Source of the DNA: Bdellovibrionales bacterium
GTDB taxonomy: Bacteria > Bdellovibrionota > Bdellovibrionia > Bdellovibrionales > UBA1609
Direction of reading: 5' to 3'
Length of the DNA stretch: 64,000 bases
Assembly (NCBI GenBank): GCA_027317865.1
Contig: DAHVQG010000011.1
Coordinates: 43,079 to 107,078, forward strand
Translations under genes and position numbers: made by a program
Notes under the pieces: model-generated
Databases searched by the model: none
What the model was told of the DNA's origin: nothing
The model's input: only the letters and a program-made list of their open reading frames with translations
Part shown: positions 30,306-39,045 of the stretch, one piece after another
How the letters are laid out: each line of letters begins with the position of its first letter
Position numbering within the stretch: the first letter of the stretch is position 1

Positions 30306-32843
30306 ATGCGTGTCGATTTAAAATCGAAAATCACAGTCGCCATCGTCTCTTTTTTCGCCTTATTGGCAAGTCGCGCATCTCACGCGAGAACTTCAATGAA
30401 CCTCGATAGTGAAACAGCCGCACAGATTTGCACGAATTGCCTCGATTCGTCGACTTCCGACCAGGGCTCACCACTCGCCTCACGCAACTTAGAAATGTTG
30501 AAAAACACGACAAACATCCTACGTTTGGATATTGCTAAGAAAACCAGAAACCATTGTGAAAACATTGTTGAATCGCGATCGTGTCGAAACTTGTACGCTG
30601 AAATACAAAAAAATCACCATAACCCGAACCAATACAAACGCACCTGCACCGAACAGGCACCAGGCCAAACCTCAAAAGAGACGTTGCAATTCGTCGAAAC
30701 TATTTTTTTAGGTACTGAGAACCCCGTTCGAAAAAAAATGCGTGAAACTGAGAGGCACTTTTTTGTCGGCTTCGGCAGGGCCATCTATCGTGGCACAGTG
30801 GGCTTTGCGGTGAACGTTTACAAAAATTATGAGGCGGCGCGCGTGTGCGATCACAGCATCACGGATAAAAAACGGTTTTTTTATAATTACAACGCTAATC
30901 GCCCCAAAGACCTGCAAGTGAAGCTGCCGTCTCTAGCATGGTTCAACACCGAAACATGCTCAGGCGTAGAGGGTTATATCCAAATGATGGGTACAGAACT
31001 TTACACTCACAAGCTTTCTAAAGAAGGGGTGAAATTTAAGAGCGTTGGGAGCGAAATTCCGCATGACATTAAAACAATTTCAATTGGTGTATACGATCAG
31101 GCAAAACAAGAGCTGAAACGATTCCACGTCAAACTGGAGTGCTACAATTCACAAAAACGGTCAGAATTAATCGGAGCCGCCGTAGGGATGATCGCACTCA
31201 ATGTCACGCCGGTTGGTGATGCGAAAAAAGCTGAAGAAATAGCTGAGATTGCCGGCGTCGGTGAAAATATCGTCGTAGACGCATCGACTGTTAGCGAAGA
31301 TGCCGCCAAGGCAGAAGAGGCATCCAAAGCGGCCCCAATAACGACAAACAGTGCAACGGTTGCCGCGGCCTCTGCGCGAGAAAAAGAAATTTACTCGATA
31401 CTCAAAGAAATGAATGAATTAAAACATCAGCCCGCTTCTGCAGAAAATCTGAAAAAATTGAAAGAGCTTAACGACAAGGCAATCCAAATCACAGCTGAAG
31501 AATTAAAGACTCGCGGCATTAGCTTCAAAGTCGTCAATCCTAAAGCAGGTGGCGGTAATTTCATGCATCTGGATGCTTTGCAAGCAAGGCAGAAAATTTT
31601 GATTCAGCGAGGGATTGAAATGGAGCCCGACATAAAATACCTCCGATCGCTAGAAGAAACACGCGCCAAATATCGTAAGCTTTTAAGCGACACAACGGTG
31701 AGAAAACAACAGCTCGCTACTGAAATCGAGGATACAGGCAAACAACTCGATAAGCTAAGCGCTAAGGGATCTGAATATGACAAAAAACTACGCCAAGTCT
31801 TAATTGAAAGGCGCAAGAGATATTCCGATTTATACCGTGAATTAGATCGCAATCAGACTGATATTAAAATGCAACTAGAGAAAACCGAAGCTGAGGTTGG
31901 GCGGCAACAGAATAAAATAAAAGAAATGGCCAATGCGCCTTTTGCTCCCGTGTTAAAATCATCTGAGCTGAAATACGTGCACACTTGGAACAATCCTTAC
32001 ATCGTAATTACGCCATCACCGACAAATCCTAAATTTCTCAACGCAGCAATAGAAAAATACAATACTGAAATCGTAATTTCGCCAAATTTTAAGTCGGCGG
32101 ACCCAAAAATTTTGGGCGGCATTTCCCGTTCGAATCGCGCTGACGAAACTGTATTTATTTATCCAATCGAGCAGGTTTTCGCCAAAGGATCGATCGTCAG
32201 TGAAACCGCCAAGCACGAAGTGGTTCACTTAAAGTTGGGCCAATTACGCTCAGTCGGACACGAAACGCCGTACAATGTCGAAATCACAGCTCATAAGGGT
32301 GAGAAAATTCCAGGATCATCACTAGGACTTTACGACGATTATATGTCTTTCGAAGAAATGGCGACGTGGAATCGAGATTTAAACTCGGCCAAAAAAAGTC
32401 ATCTCACGGGAACAACAAATACCGCCTATAACTTCGATCAGGGCATCTTTAGGCAGGCCGGCGGCACAGCCACGCAAGTCCAAAATGCGCGTGCTTTAAA
32501 CCATCTCAGTTATTCAGCAATCAAAGCCGTTAGGGCCGCGCGTGAATATCTCGATACCGCCGATCCGGCAGATATTCCAATCACCATTAAGGGAGTGGAT
32601 GGAGCAGGAACTTCAACTGTAACAGTACCGTATCTCACCCAAGGGCGTGAAATCGGCAAGATTAAAATCACGCTTGTTAACTTAACAAAAGCAAATAAAG
32701 ACGATGCCGTTAAACTCGCACAAGAATACCTCGATCGCGTCGAAGCTCGCGCCAAGGTTCACGGCACTAAAGCATTAAACATTATAAAAGCGCACCGCAG
32801 TGCCATTCGCGCAAAAGCGTGGGTACCGGTTACGCCAAACTAA
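30306..32843 (+). CDS. Large secreted hypothetical protein with coiled coil and C-terminal HEXXH motif
   Basis: Signal peptide ending ASHA, Cys-rich N-domain, hydrophobic patch LIGAAVGMIAL, coiled coil, KHEVVH...SFEE. Confidence 0.75.
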   Translation: MRVDLKSKITVAIVSFFALLASRASHARTSMNLDSETAAQICTNCLDSSTSDQGSPLASRNLEMLKNTTNILRLDIAKKTRNHCENIVESRSCRNLYAEIQKNHHNPNQYKRTCTEQAPGQTSKETLQFVETIFLGTENPVRKKMRETERHFFVGFGRAIYRGTVGFAVNVYKNYEAARVCDHSITDKKRFFYNYNANRPKDLQVKLPSLAWFNTETCSGVEGYIQMMGTELYTHKLSKEGVKFKSVGSEIPHDIKTISIGVYDQAKQELKRFHVKLECYNSQKRSELIGAAVGMIALNVTPVGDAKKAEEIAEIAGVGENIVVDASTVSEDAAKAEEASKAAPITTNSATVAAASAREKEIYSILKEMNELKHQPASAENLKKLKELNDKAIQITAEELKTRGISFKVVNPKAGGGNFMHLDALQARQKILIQRGIEMEPDIKYLRSLEETRAKYRKLLSDTTVRKQQLATEIEDTGKQLDKLSAKGSEYDKKLRQVLIERRKRYSDLYRELDRNQTDIKMQLEKTEAEVGRQQNKIKEMANAPFAPVLKSSELKYVHTWNNPYIVITPSPTNPKFLNAAIEKYNTEIVISPNFKSADPKILGGISRSNRADETVFIYPIEQVFAKGSIVSETAKHEVVHLKLGQLRSVGHETPYNVEITAHKGEKIPGSSLGLYDDYMSFEEMATWNRDLNSAKKSHLTGTTNTAYNFDQGIFRQAGGTATQVQNARALNHLSYSAIKAVRAAREYLDTADPADIPITIKGVDGAGTSTVTVPYLTQGREIGKIKITLVNLTKANKDDAVKLAQEYLDRVEARAKVHGTKALNIIKAHRSAIRAKAWVPVTPN

Positions 32844-32877
32844 CCCCGCCGTCGAACTGCCGGCCATTGCGCCAGCC

Positions 32878-33041
32878 TTAAATTTTCGGCGCAATATCAA
32901 CTTCGAATTTCGGTGCCATTCGGGAGCAAGTTCGCTCGGCTAAATTTTCGCTCCGTTTGGAGTGCGACTCAAAGTAAATGCCGTCGTAAACTCTTGCCAT
33001 TGCGCACGTCATGCATTTTGAATACGAGAACGTTCGAGCAA
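32878..33041 (-). pseudogene. Orphan 3' fragment paralogous to the end of CDS 35034..36107
   Basis: Encodes LARTFSYSKCMTCAMARVYDGIYFESHSKRSENLAERTCSRMAPKFEVDIAPKI*; an in-frame stop lies about 11 codons upstream. Confidence 0.75.
32887..33026. repeat. 140-bp direct repeat, copy 1
   Basis: Identical to 35043..35182 except 2 substitutions. Confidence 0.95.
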
Positions 33042-33295
33042 GACACGATATCTGATCGTGCTGTAATAATACCGCTCAATTTTTTATTTTAAATTATTGA
33101 GCACCAAAAAATCTCCGGACTGAGCAAAGATAAGATCGCGTTCATACACACAATTTCAAACACCGCCAAACTTTGTCACCATTTCGGAAATTATTCCTTA
33201 TTTTGGAAATATCCACATCGATGTATTATTCGGCCTCGCTATTGAAAACATAACCGCTCGGCTCGCGCCGATGCTGATAAATGACGGAGGAAAAC

Positions 33296-34588
33296 GTGAA
33301 CAATTCAATTAAACTTTTGTTGACTGCTGTTGCAACCTCGGCGTTGTGCGCTTGCACGCCGCCAAGCCATAATGGCATCACCCATCAAAGTAGTAGCATA
33401 ATTAAGCTTAACGCCCAAGAAGTGAAAAACAATCCCAGCCTAAGTTCAAAACAGAAAGCCGAAGAACTCGCCCGGATCGGTGAGCAACTTTTTACTCCAA
33501 CAGGATTTATGTACGCCCAGACACTATTTAATCAAGCGCTACAACTCGATCCGCACAATTTACTCGCTCAGTTTTATAAAAATTTAAACGGAATCAACAT
33601 GACCCTTCGAGGGATGATGGTTCGAATCAAACCTATGATTGTCACGCCTAAAGACCGAGCAAACTATAAAAATGTATTAGCGCACGTCCCCAACAGCGCG
33701 CTTAAAACGTTTTTATTTGATGGAACTCCAAACATACGAGATTCAAAAGACGTTCAGGCCTACGCCGATAATCTATATGCTGCCCTTGAACGCTTACGCG
33801 AGTTTCTAAGTGCTCATAAAAATTCACACCTCACACTTGATCTTAACGACTGGACATTATGGACCGGTATCCATAGGGCAAAAGAAAAGTGTATCGCCTC
33901 GAAAGTCGGCGATACCGGTTCTTACAGTTTAACCAATTGCGATTATACCCATGCACTACAGGTCAATCTAAACCGTGCAGATTTCGAAGGAATGCAGCAA
34001 ATCGTAGCTGGAGAAGAAATATACTTTGCAGCCCTTAACTCTTATAATCTAACCGGCTCCATAAGAACCTCCAGAAAATTTCAAAATCAAAATGTTTCTG
34101 ACGCCGTTATTTACCGAGAGCTTTCTAAATACCCCGAGTTTGCGACTCTCCGCACACCAATCTACTTGAGACATATAGAAAAGCTTGGAGTTGATGCGAT
34201 CGCCGCCATTCGTTGGGCCAAATCATTGCAAAATAAACTTTGTTCAACGGGCACCCCCAACCCTAACAATCGACCGGGTTATCTATTTGATTCGGGCTTT
34301 TGCATTGGCGAAAAAACCGCCGATGGCCGAAGCGTAAATGGAATTCTTAAAACGGCCGAGCTCATATTAGCTGGCGTGCCGTATAGCGTACTCGTCAACA
34401 ACGTTTACCCGACTGTCATAACACCGACAAAATATTTAAATAATCCGATTGTGGATTTAAAAAAGCTTGATCCCGTGTTTAATAGTTGCGGTCTTATCCA
34501 GAGAGTCTCTGACGTTACGTTAGGCGGCATATTCCCCGATCACGATGCTAACAAAGTGTTGTCTATTACGTCCAAATGTCAGTACTAA
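33296..34588 (+). CDS. Hypothetical lipoprotein with N-terminal TPR-like motif
   Basis: GGAGG SD before GTG 33296; lipobox LCAC; A..LF.QAL.LDP.N TPR-like stretch. Confidence 0.7.
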   Translation: MNNSIKLLLTAVATSALCACTPPSHNGITHQSSSIIKLNAQEVKNNPSLSSKQKAEELARIGEQLFTPTGFMYAQTLFNQALQLDPHNLLAQFYKNLNGINMTLRGMMVRIKPMIVTPKDRANYKNVLAHVPNSALKTFLFDGTPNIRDSKDVQAYADNLYAALERLREFLSAHKNSHLTLDLNDWTLWTGIHRAKEKCIASKVGDTGSYSLTNCDYTHALQVNLNRADFEGMQQIVAGEEIYFAALNSYNLTGSIRTSRKFQNQNVSDAVIYRELSKYPEFATLRTPIYLRHIEKLGVDAIAAIRWAKSLQNKLCSTGTPNPNNRPGYLFDSGFCIGEKTADGRSVNGILKTAELILAGVPYSVLVNNVYPTVITPTKYLNNPIVDLKKLDPVFNSCGLIQRVSDVTLGGIFPDHDANKVLSITSKCQY

Positions 34589-34977
34589 AAATGATATTCT
34601 ACCGTAAAACCTTATCCAAAGGAGCAATTCTGTTCCTTTGGATTTTCTATTCAAGCTTAGGAAACGCGACACCGAGATACACGGCTTCAGCAAAGTATAC
34701 CGGATTTAAAATGCTCACTTGTCGCCGATCCGACAATAATTGTATGCAGATTAAGTCGCCTGTGGCTTATGTAAACGAAGAGGGTTCGGCATACGCCTTT
34801 GACCAAGCGGAATTCAGTTTTTTTAAAAGCGGGTCAAAACGTCGCAAAATAATCTCTGGACGCGACATATATTACGACCAGAAGAACAAAATGATTTTAA
34901 TCCGCCATTTACTTTCAAGCCGGCACAAACAGGCGTTCATTAATTTGCGGACCGACCACATTACATATGTCGACTAA
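34576..34977 (+). CDS. Small exported hypothetical protein
   Basis: Overlaps the upstream stop; hydrophobic N-terminal segment. Confidence 0.6.
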   Translation: MSVLKMIFYRKTLSKGAILFLWIFYSSLGNATPRYTASAKYTGFKMLTCRRSDNNCMQIKSPVAYVNEEGSAYAFDQAEFSFFKSGSKRRKIISGRDIYYDQKNKMILIRHLLSSRHKQAFINLRTDHITYVD

Positions 34978-35033
34978 AGGTGGTTCTTTCGCTTCCAAAT
35001 TTTTGCCGTAATTACTCATCCCACAAAACTCGA

Positions 35034-36107
35034 TTACTTCACCGGCGCAATATCAACTTCGAATTTCGGTGCCATTCGGGAGCAAGTTCGCTCCGCTAAA
35101 TTTTCGCTCCGTTTGGAGTGCGACTCAAAGTAAATGCCGTCGTAAACTCTTGCCATTGCGCACGTCATACATTTTGAATACGTGAATGTGCGCACCAGAG
35201 CCGACTGTGGGTCGCGTCTTAAAAGCGATTTGCGTCTTCTTTTATCAAAAAATTTAAAATATCTCTCACTGGTGTACGAGACTGCGGTATAGGGTCGAAC
35301 GTCTCGGCGCAATTGTTTGAAGCTGGTGGCTTTAATTGTCCCAACCTTTTCGCCTATATGACGAAACATTGGCCGCGATAATGGCCATGCAAACTGCGAA
35401 CAAGAATAAACAATATCGTGCTCTCCGCCTGTCCGAACGGTCTTGGGCGAATGTTTTAAAAAGCCGGATTTAAAACTATCGGCATGCAAAAATTCATGAA
35501 AAAGTGTGACTCTGAAATCCAGAGCCTCTAATTTGTTCACGCCCTGCCGCGAACTGCGATTCACGGATGTCGCGTCATTTGTATTCAACAGATCCAGCAC
35601 AAGTGCGCCGAGATTGATTGTTTTTTCTCCGAAGAAAAAAAAGTGACGCATCGTAAAAGATTCTGTTCCAATTGAAGCTAAAAAATGCGTGCAAACGAAG
35701 CGCAAAGGCACGGCATACGCATTACTGAAAAGGTCGGCGGCATATTCCGGATTTAAAATCGAGAGCCGCGCGATCGATTCGTAAAGCACTCGCGGAATTA
35801 AATCGGCAAGTCGCGCGTTAAATTCGCGATTCGCCGGCACGGACGTAACCCCCATAGCTCGACGAAAATTTGCATTCGCAAAAAAATCTTGCACATCGCA
35901 CTCGTAACTGTAATGGGGCAATTGCCGCACGAACTGCGAATACGTCGGCAAACTTTCAGCATGGCTACGGGTAGCCCCAAATGCCAATCCGGATATGTCG
36001 CCAAGGCTAGAGGCCGCGCCAAAGACAAGCGCGCAAAAAATGACCCATCTAGCAATTCGCGCAAAAACACTTTTCAAGCGCGCCTCCGAAATTAAAACCG
36101 AAAACAT
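35034..36107 (-). CDS. Exported basic protein with HEXXH (zincin-like) motif
   Basis: N-terminal signal/TM; VTLFHEFLHAD; D.VYSC; C-terminal CxxC. Confidence 0.7.
   Translation of the reverse strand: MFSVLISEARLKSVFARIARWVIFCALVFGAASSLGDISGLAFGATRSHAESLPTYSQFVRQLPHYSYECDVQDFFANANFRRAMGVTSVPANREFNARLADLIPRVLYESIARLSILNPEYAADLFSNAYAVPLRFVCTHFLASIGTESFTMRHFFFFGEKTINLGALVLDLLNTNDATSVNRSSRQGVNKLEALDFRVTLFHEFLHADSFKSGFLKHSPKTVRTGGEHDIVYSCSQFAWPLSRPMFRHIGEKVGTIKATSFKQLRRDVRPYTAVSYTSERYFKFFDKRRRKSLLRRDPQSALVRTFTYSKCMTCAMARVYDGIYFESHSKRSENLAERTCSRMAPKFEVDIAPVK
35043..35182. repeat. 140-bp direct repeat, copy 2 (inside 3' end of CDS 35034..36107)
   Basis: Identical to 32887..33026 except 2 substitutions, both synonymous in the gene frame. 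Confidence 0.95.
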
Positions 36108-36394
36108 AAGCTACCCGTCTCCGGCCAGCTTCTGCATAAATCAGCTTCTGAGTATACTCAGCCTCTGTATACACTCCCCCATCGCAGCTCGAAATAGAGT
36201 TTGAAAATGTGAAACGACTGTCTAAATTTTGACTGTCAAAAATTTAAGCAGTCTTAGAAAAAATTCTCTGTTCGTTTTTTTATCTAACACCGCCGTGTGA
36301 GATTGGATTATCTTGTGAGGCAGTTTGAAATCAGGTTCGTGTGGCCACTAAAGGGAATGAACCCTACCACGCGGAACGAATCGAGGGTAATTTC

Positions 36395-36739
36395 ATGAAG
36401 AACGCAAGCAAGATCGCAAAGATTCTCGCAGTAAGCTTGGCCGTAATGAGTTCGAGTTACGTATTTGCGGGAGTGTTAACTCCACAGTTTTCGGCAGGTT
36501 TATACGCAAATCATTTGTCGCTCGATTCGAGCGCGTTTGGTATACCGGCGACCGAAAGAGCGATGCAAATCGGTAAAAGCGCCGCTCTCGCCGCTGCGAA
36601 TGCCGTTTGCGAAAAAGACGGCCTCACCCTGGATCAATCCCCTCGCGGTAGCGACGTGGTATTTACTCTTAAGGGCGGCAGTTCAGAAATTTCTTCGACC
36701 GTTCAAGCCGAAATTTATTTCAACTGTGTCACCCGCTAA
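36395..36739 (+). CDS. Small secreted hypothetical protein
   Basis: GAGGG SD, MKNASK...VFA signal peptide, two Cys. Confidence 0.65.
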   Translation: MKNASKIAKILAVSLAVMSSSYVFAGVLTPQFSAGLYANHLSLDSSAFGIPATERAMQIGKSAALAAANAVCEKDGLTLDQSPRGSDVVFTLKGGSSEISSTVQAEIYFNCVTR

Positions 36740-36760
36740 ATATTTTTAATCTTGTCGCGC

Positions 36761-38110
36761 CTAAAAACTGCGCAATTTTTCGCGCACGTATTCAGAAAGG
36801 CGCGACATTTCGACGCGATCTTGCGTCATCGTATCGCGATGGCGCACAGTCACTTTTTTATCGTTAAGCGATTCGAAGTCGACAGTTAAACAAAGCGGAG
36901 TGCCGATTTCATCTTGCCGTCGATAACGTTTGCCGATCGAGGCGGTCTCATCATAGTCAACTCGAAATTCTTCGCTTAAATCTTGGCGTATTTTAAACGC
37001 CGTCTCTTGTAAATCCGGCTTTTTCGATAACGGCAAACAGGCCACTTGGACAGGAGCGAGAAACGGTTTCAAGCGCAAGACGACTCGCGAATCTCCATCG
37101 CCTTCACCGCCAGCGCTCGCAAGCTTTTCTTCTTCAAAAGCGTTGCATAAGATCGCGAGGCAAAGCCGGTCGCATCCCACCGCTGTTTCAATGACGTATG
37201 GGACAAACCGTTCTTTCGTCTGCTCATCAAAATACTCAAGTTTTTTACCGGAAAATTTAGAGTGCTGAGTGAGATCGAAATCGGAGCGATTGTGAATCCC
37301 CTCCAATTCTTGCCAACCAAACGGAAATTCATATTGCACATCAAATGCCGCTCGCGCGTAGTGCGCCAATTCTTTCGGCCCGTGCTGATGAAAACGTAGC
37401 GAAGACGGCTTAAATCCGAGGCGCGCATAATGGGCTAGCCGCGTTTCTTTCCACTTTTCAAACCATTCCATATCTGTGCCCGGCTTGACGAAATATTGCA
37501 TTTCCATTTGTTCAAATTCACGGGTGCGAAACGTAAAATTACCGGGCGTAATTTCATTGCGAAAACTTTTGCCGATTTGCGCGATCCCGAACGGAATTTT
37601 CTTACGCATGCTGGTCAGTACGTTTTCATAGTTAACGAAAATCCCTTGGGCTGTTTCAGGCCGCAAGTACACGACGGCCGCGGCATCTTCGACCGGCCCC
37701 ATAAATGTCTTAAACATTAAGTTAAAATTGCGCGGTTCTGTGACTTCGGTTGAACCGCAATTAGGGCATATTGTTTTACCATTTTTTTGCGGAGCCTGAT
37801 CTTGACGAAAGCGTGTCTTGCACGCGCGGCAATCGCACAACGGATCGGTAAACCCGTCGATATGGCCTGACGCCTTCCACACCATCGGATGCATAAGAAT
37901 GGCCGCATCGAGGCCGACAATATCAGGTCGCCTCGTCATGGTCTTCCACCACGACATTTTAACATTAAATTTGAAATCGGCGCCAAGCGGGCCGTAATCC
38001 CAACAGGAATTGAGCCCACCATAAATTTCGGAACTTTGAAAAACAAACCCGCGTCGTTTGCACAGACTGACTAATGTTTGCAGATCTTTGAGTGGAGTAA
38101 TGGTCGACAT
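36761..38110 (-). CDS. glyQS: Glycyl-tRNA synthetase, homodimeric type
   Basis: [52 protein letters not shown]. Confidence 0.97.
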   Translation of the reverse strand: MSTITPLKDLQTLVSLCKRRGFVFQSSEIYGGLNSCWDYGPLGADFKFNVKMSWWKTMTRRPDIVGLDAAILMHPMVWKASGHIDGFTDPLCDCRACKTRFRQDQAPQKNGKTICPNCGSTEVTEPRNFNLMFKTFMGPVEDAAAVVYLRPETAQGIFVNYENVLTSMRKKIPFGIAQIGKSFRNEITPGNFTFRTREFEQMEMQYFVKPGTDMEWFEKWKETRLAHYARLGFKPSSLRFHQHGPKELAHYARAAFDVQYEFPFGWQELEGIHNRSDFDLTQHSKFSGKKLEYFDEQTKERFVPYVIETAVGCDRLCLAILCNAFEEEKLASAGGEGDGDSRVVLRLKPFLAPVQVACLPLSKKPDLQETAFKIRQDLSEEFRVDYDETASIGKRYRRQDEIGTPLCLTVDFESLNDKKVTVRHRDTMTQDRVEMSRLSEYVREKLRSF

Positions 38111-38203
38111 TGGCGCGGATCCCTTTCAAGAATTTGACTGAATATGACATCGGGCAAAATCGCAGTCAACGAATTGCTCGGTCACATCTGCGCGCAATGA
38201 CCT

Positions 38204-38323
38204 TTATGTTTGGCAAACCTCACTTTTGCGGTTGGCCGGAGGACCAGTCGGCTGCGCACTTTTCGAATAAGCACCTGCCTCTGTGACTTTGAAGTATGCA
38301 AGTGTAACGATATATTTTCTCAT
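38204..38323 (-). CDS. Small ORF, 39 aa (not in ORF track)
   Basis: AAAGGAG SD 6 nt before ATG; MRKYIVTLAYFKVTEAGAYSKSAQPTGPPANRKSEVCQT*. Confidence 0.4.
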   Translation of the reverse strand: MRKYIVTLAYFKVTEAGAYSKSAQPTGPPANRKSEVCQT

Positions 38324-38432
38324 AAACGGCTCCTTTCGGTTAGCACGTCCTCGTTACAAGCATAGAATATATTGGTAGTGCGATAGATATTTGAACGTCG
38401 TGTGGAGTGTTCTTAACAGCGCAACTGTTGAA

Positions 38433-38948
38433 CTATTTTACGGTACAAAGTCCGATTTGAACAAAGTCTTTAAGAACCCGCTCGGCTTCGCTCCGGCTGT
38501 TATAAAAAGTCCCGGTATCGTGACGCCCTTGTACGATTTTGAACACATCGTCGTCTTTTTGAACAAGACATTTTGGCAGCCGCCTCGGCACACGACACGC
38601 CTGCGCCTGAATCATATCGTTGCGCTCAGCCCCTGCGTCGTTCACGTCGCTGTAAAATACGCCGGTGTCGTGATGACCTTGAAAGATAAAAAAAACACCG
38701 TTACGCGCAAGAATGTTACATTCCGGTAAAACGGCAGGCGGCCTGCACTCGCCCCGTGCAACTAAGCGATCACGCGCCAATTGCGCTGATTGAACTCGGT
38801 CGTAATACGTATTGTTCGCGACGCCGTCTTTCTCTACAAAAAACACCCCGTTTGTCCCGACTATGGTACATATCGGTACGGCAAACGCCTTTAAAGCTAA
38901 AAGCGCGGCAGCTAAATAAACCGTTATAAACAAAAATCTCGATTTCAT
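38433..38948 (-). CDS. Secreted protein with three tandem ~50-aa two-Cys repeats
   Basis: AAAGGAG SD, signal ending AFA; repeats P.C....VF......TG.FY.....A........C. Confidence 0.75.
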   Translation of the reverse strand: MKSRFLFITVYLAAALLALKAFAVPICTIVGTNGVFFVEKDGVANNTYYDRVQSAQLARDRLVARGECRPPAVLPECNILARNGVFFIFQGHHDTGVFYSDVNDAGAERNDMIQAQACRVPRRLPKCLVQKDDDVFKIVQGRHDTGTFYNSRSEAERVLKDFVQIGLCTVK

Positions 38949-39008
38949 GAATGTCACTCCTTTAGATCTTGGCCCGACCCTACAACGCGACTAGACTGGC
39001 CGAACAGT

Positions 39009-39036
39009 TAAATATTCTTAGTCGTCGAGCCGATAA
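39009..39036 (+). promoter_or_regulatory. Putative sigma28 (FliA)-type promoter
   Basis: TAAA-N16-GCCGATAA (perfect -10 box) ending 10 nt before ATG 39046. Confidence 0.5.
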
Positions 39037-39045
39037 GTTCTTACA

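Noticed and set aside
32887-35182. Diversity-generating retroelement TR/VR pair
   Set aside because: The length and 3'-end position fit, but the differences are not adenine-specific (one is G/C), both are synonymous, and there is no reverse transcriptase in the window
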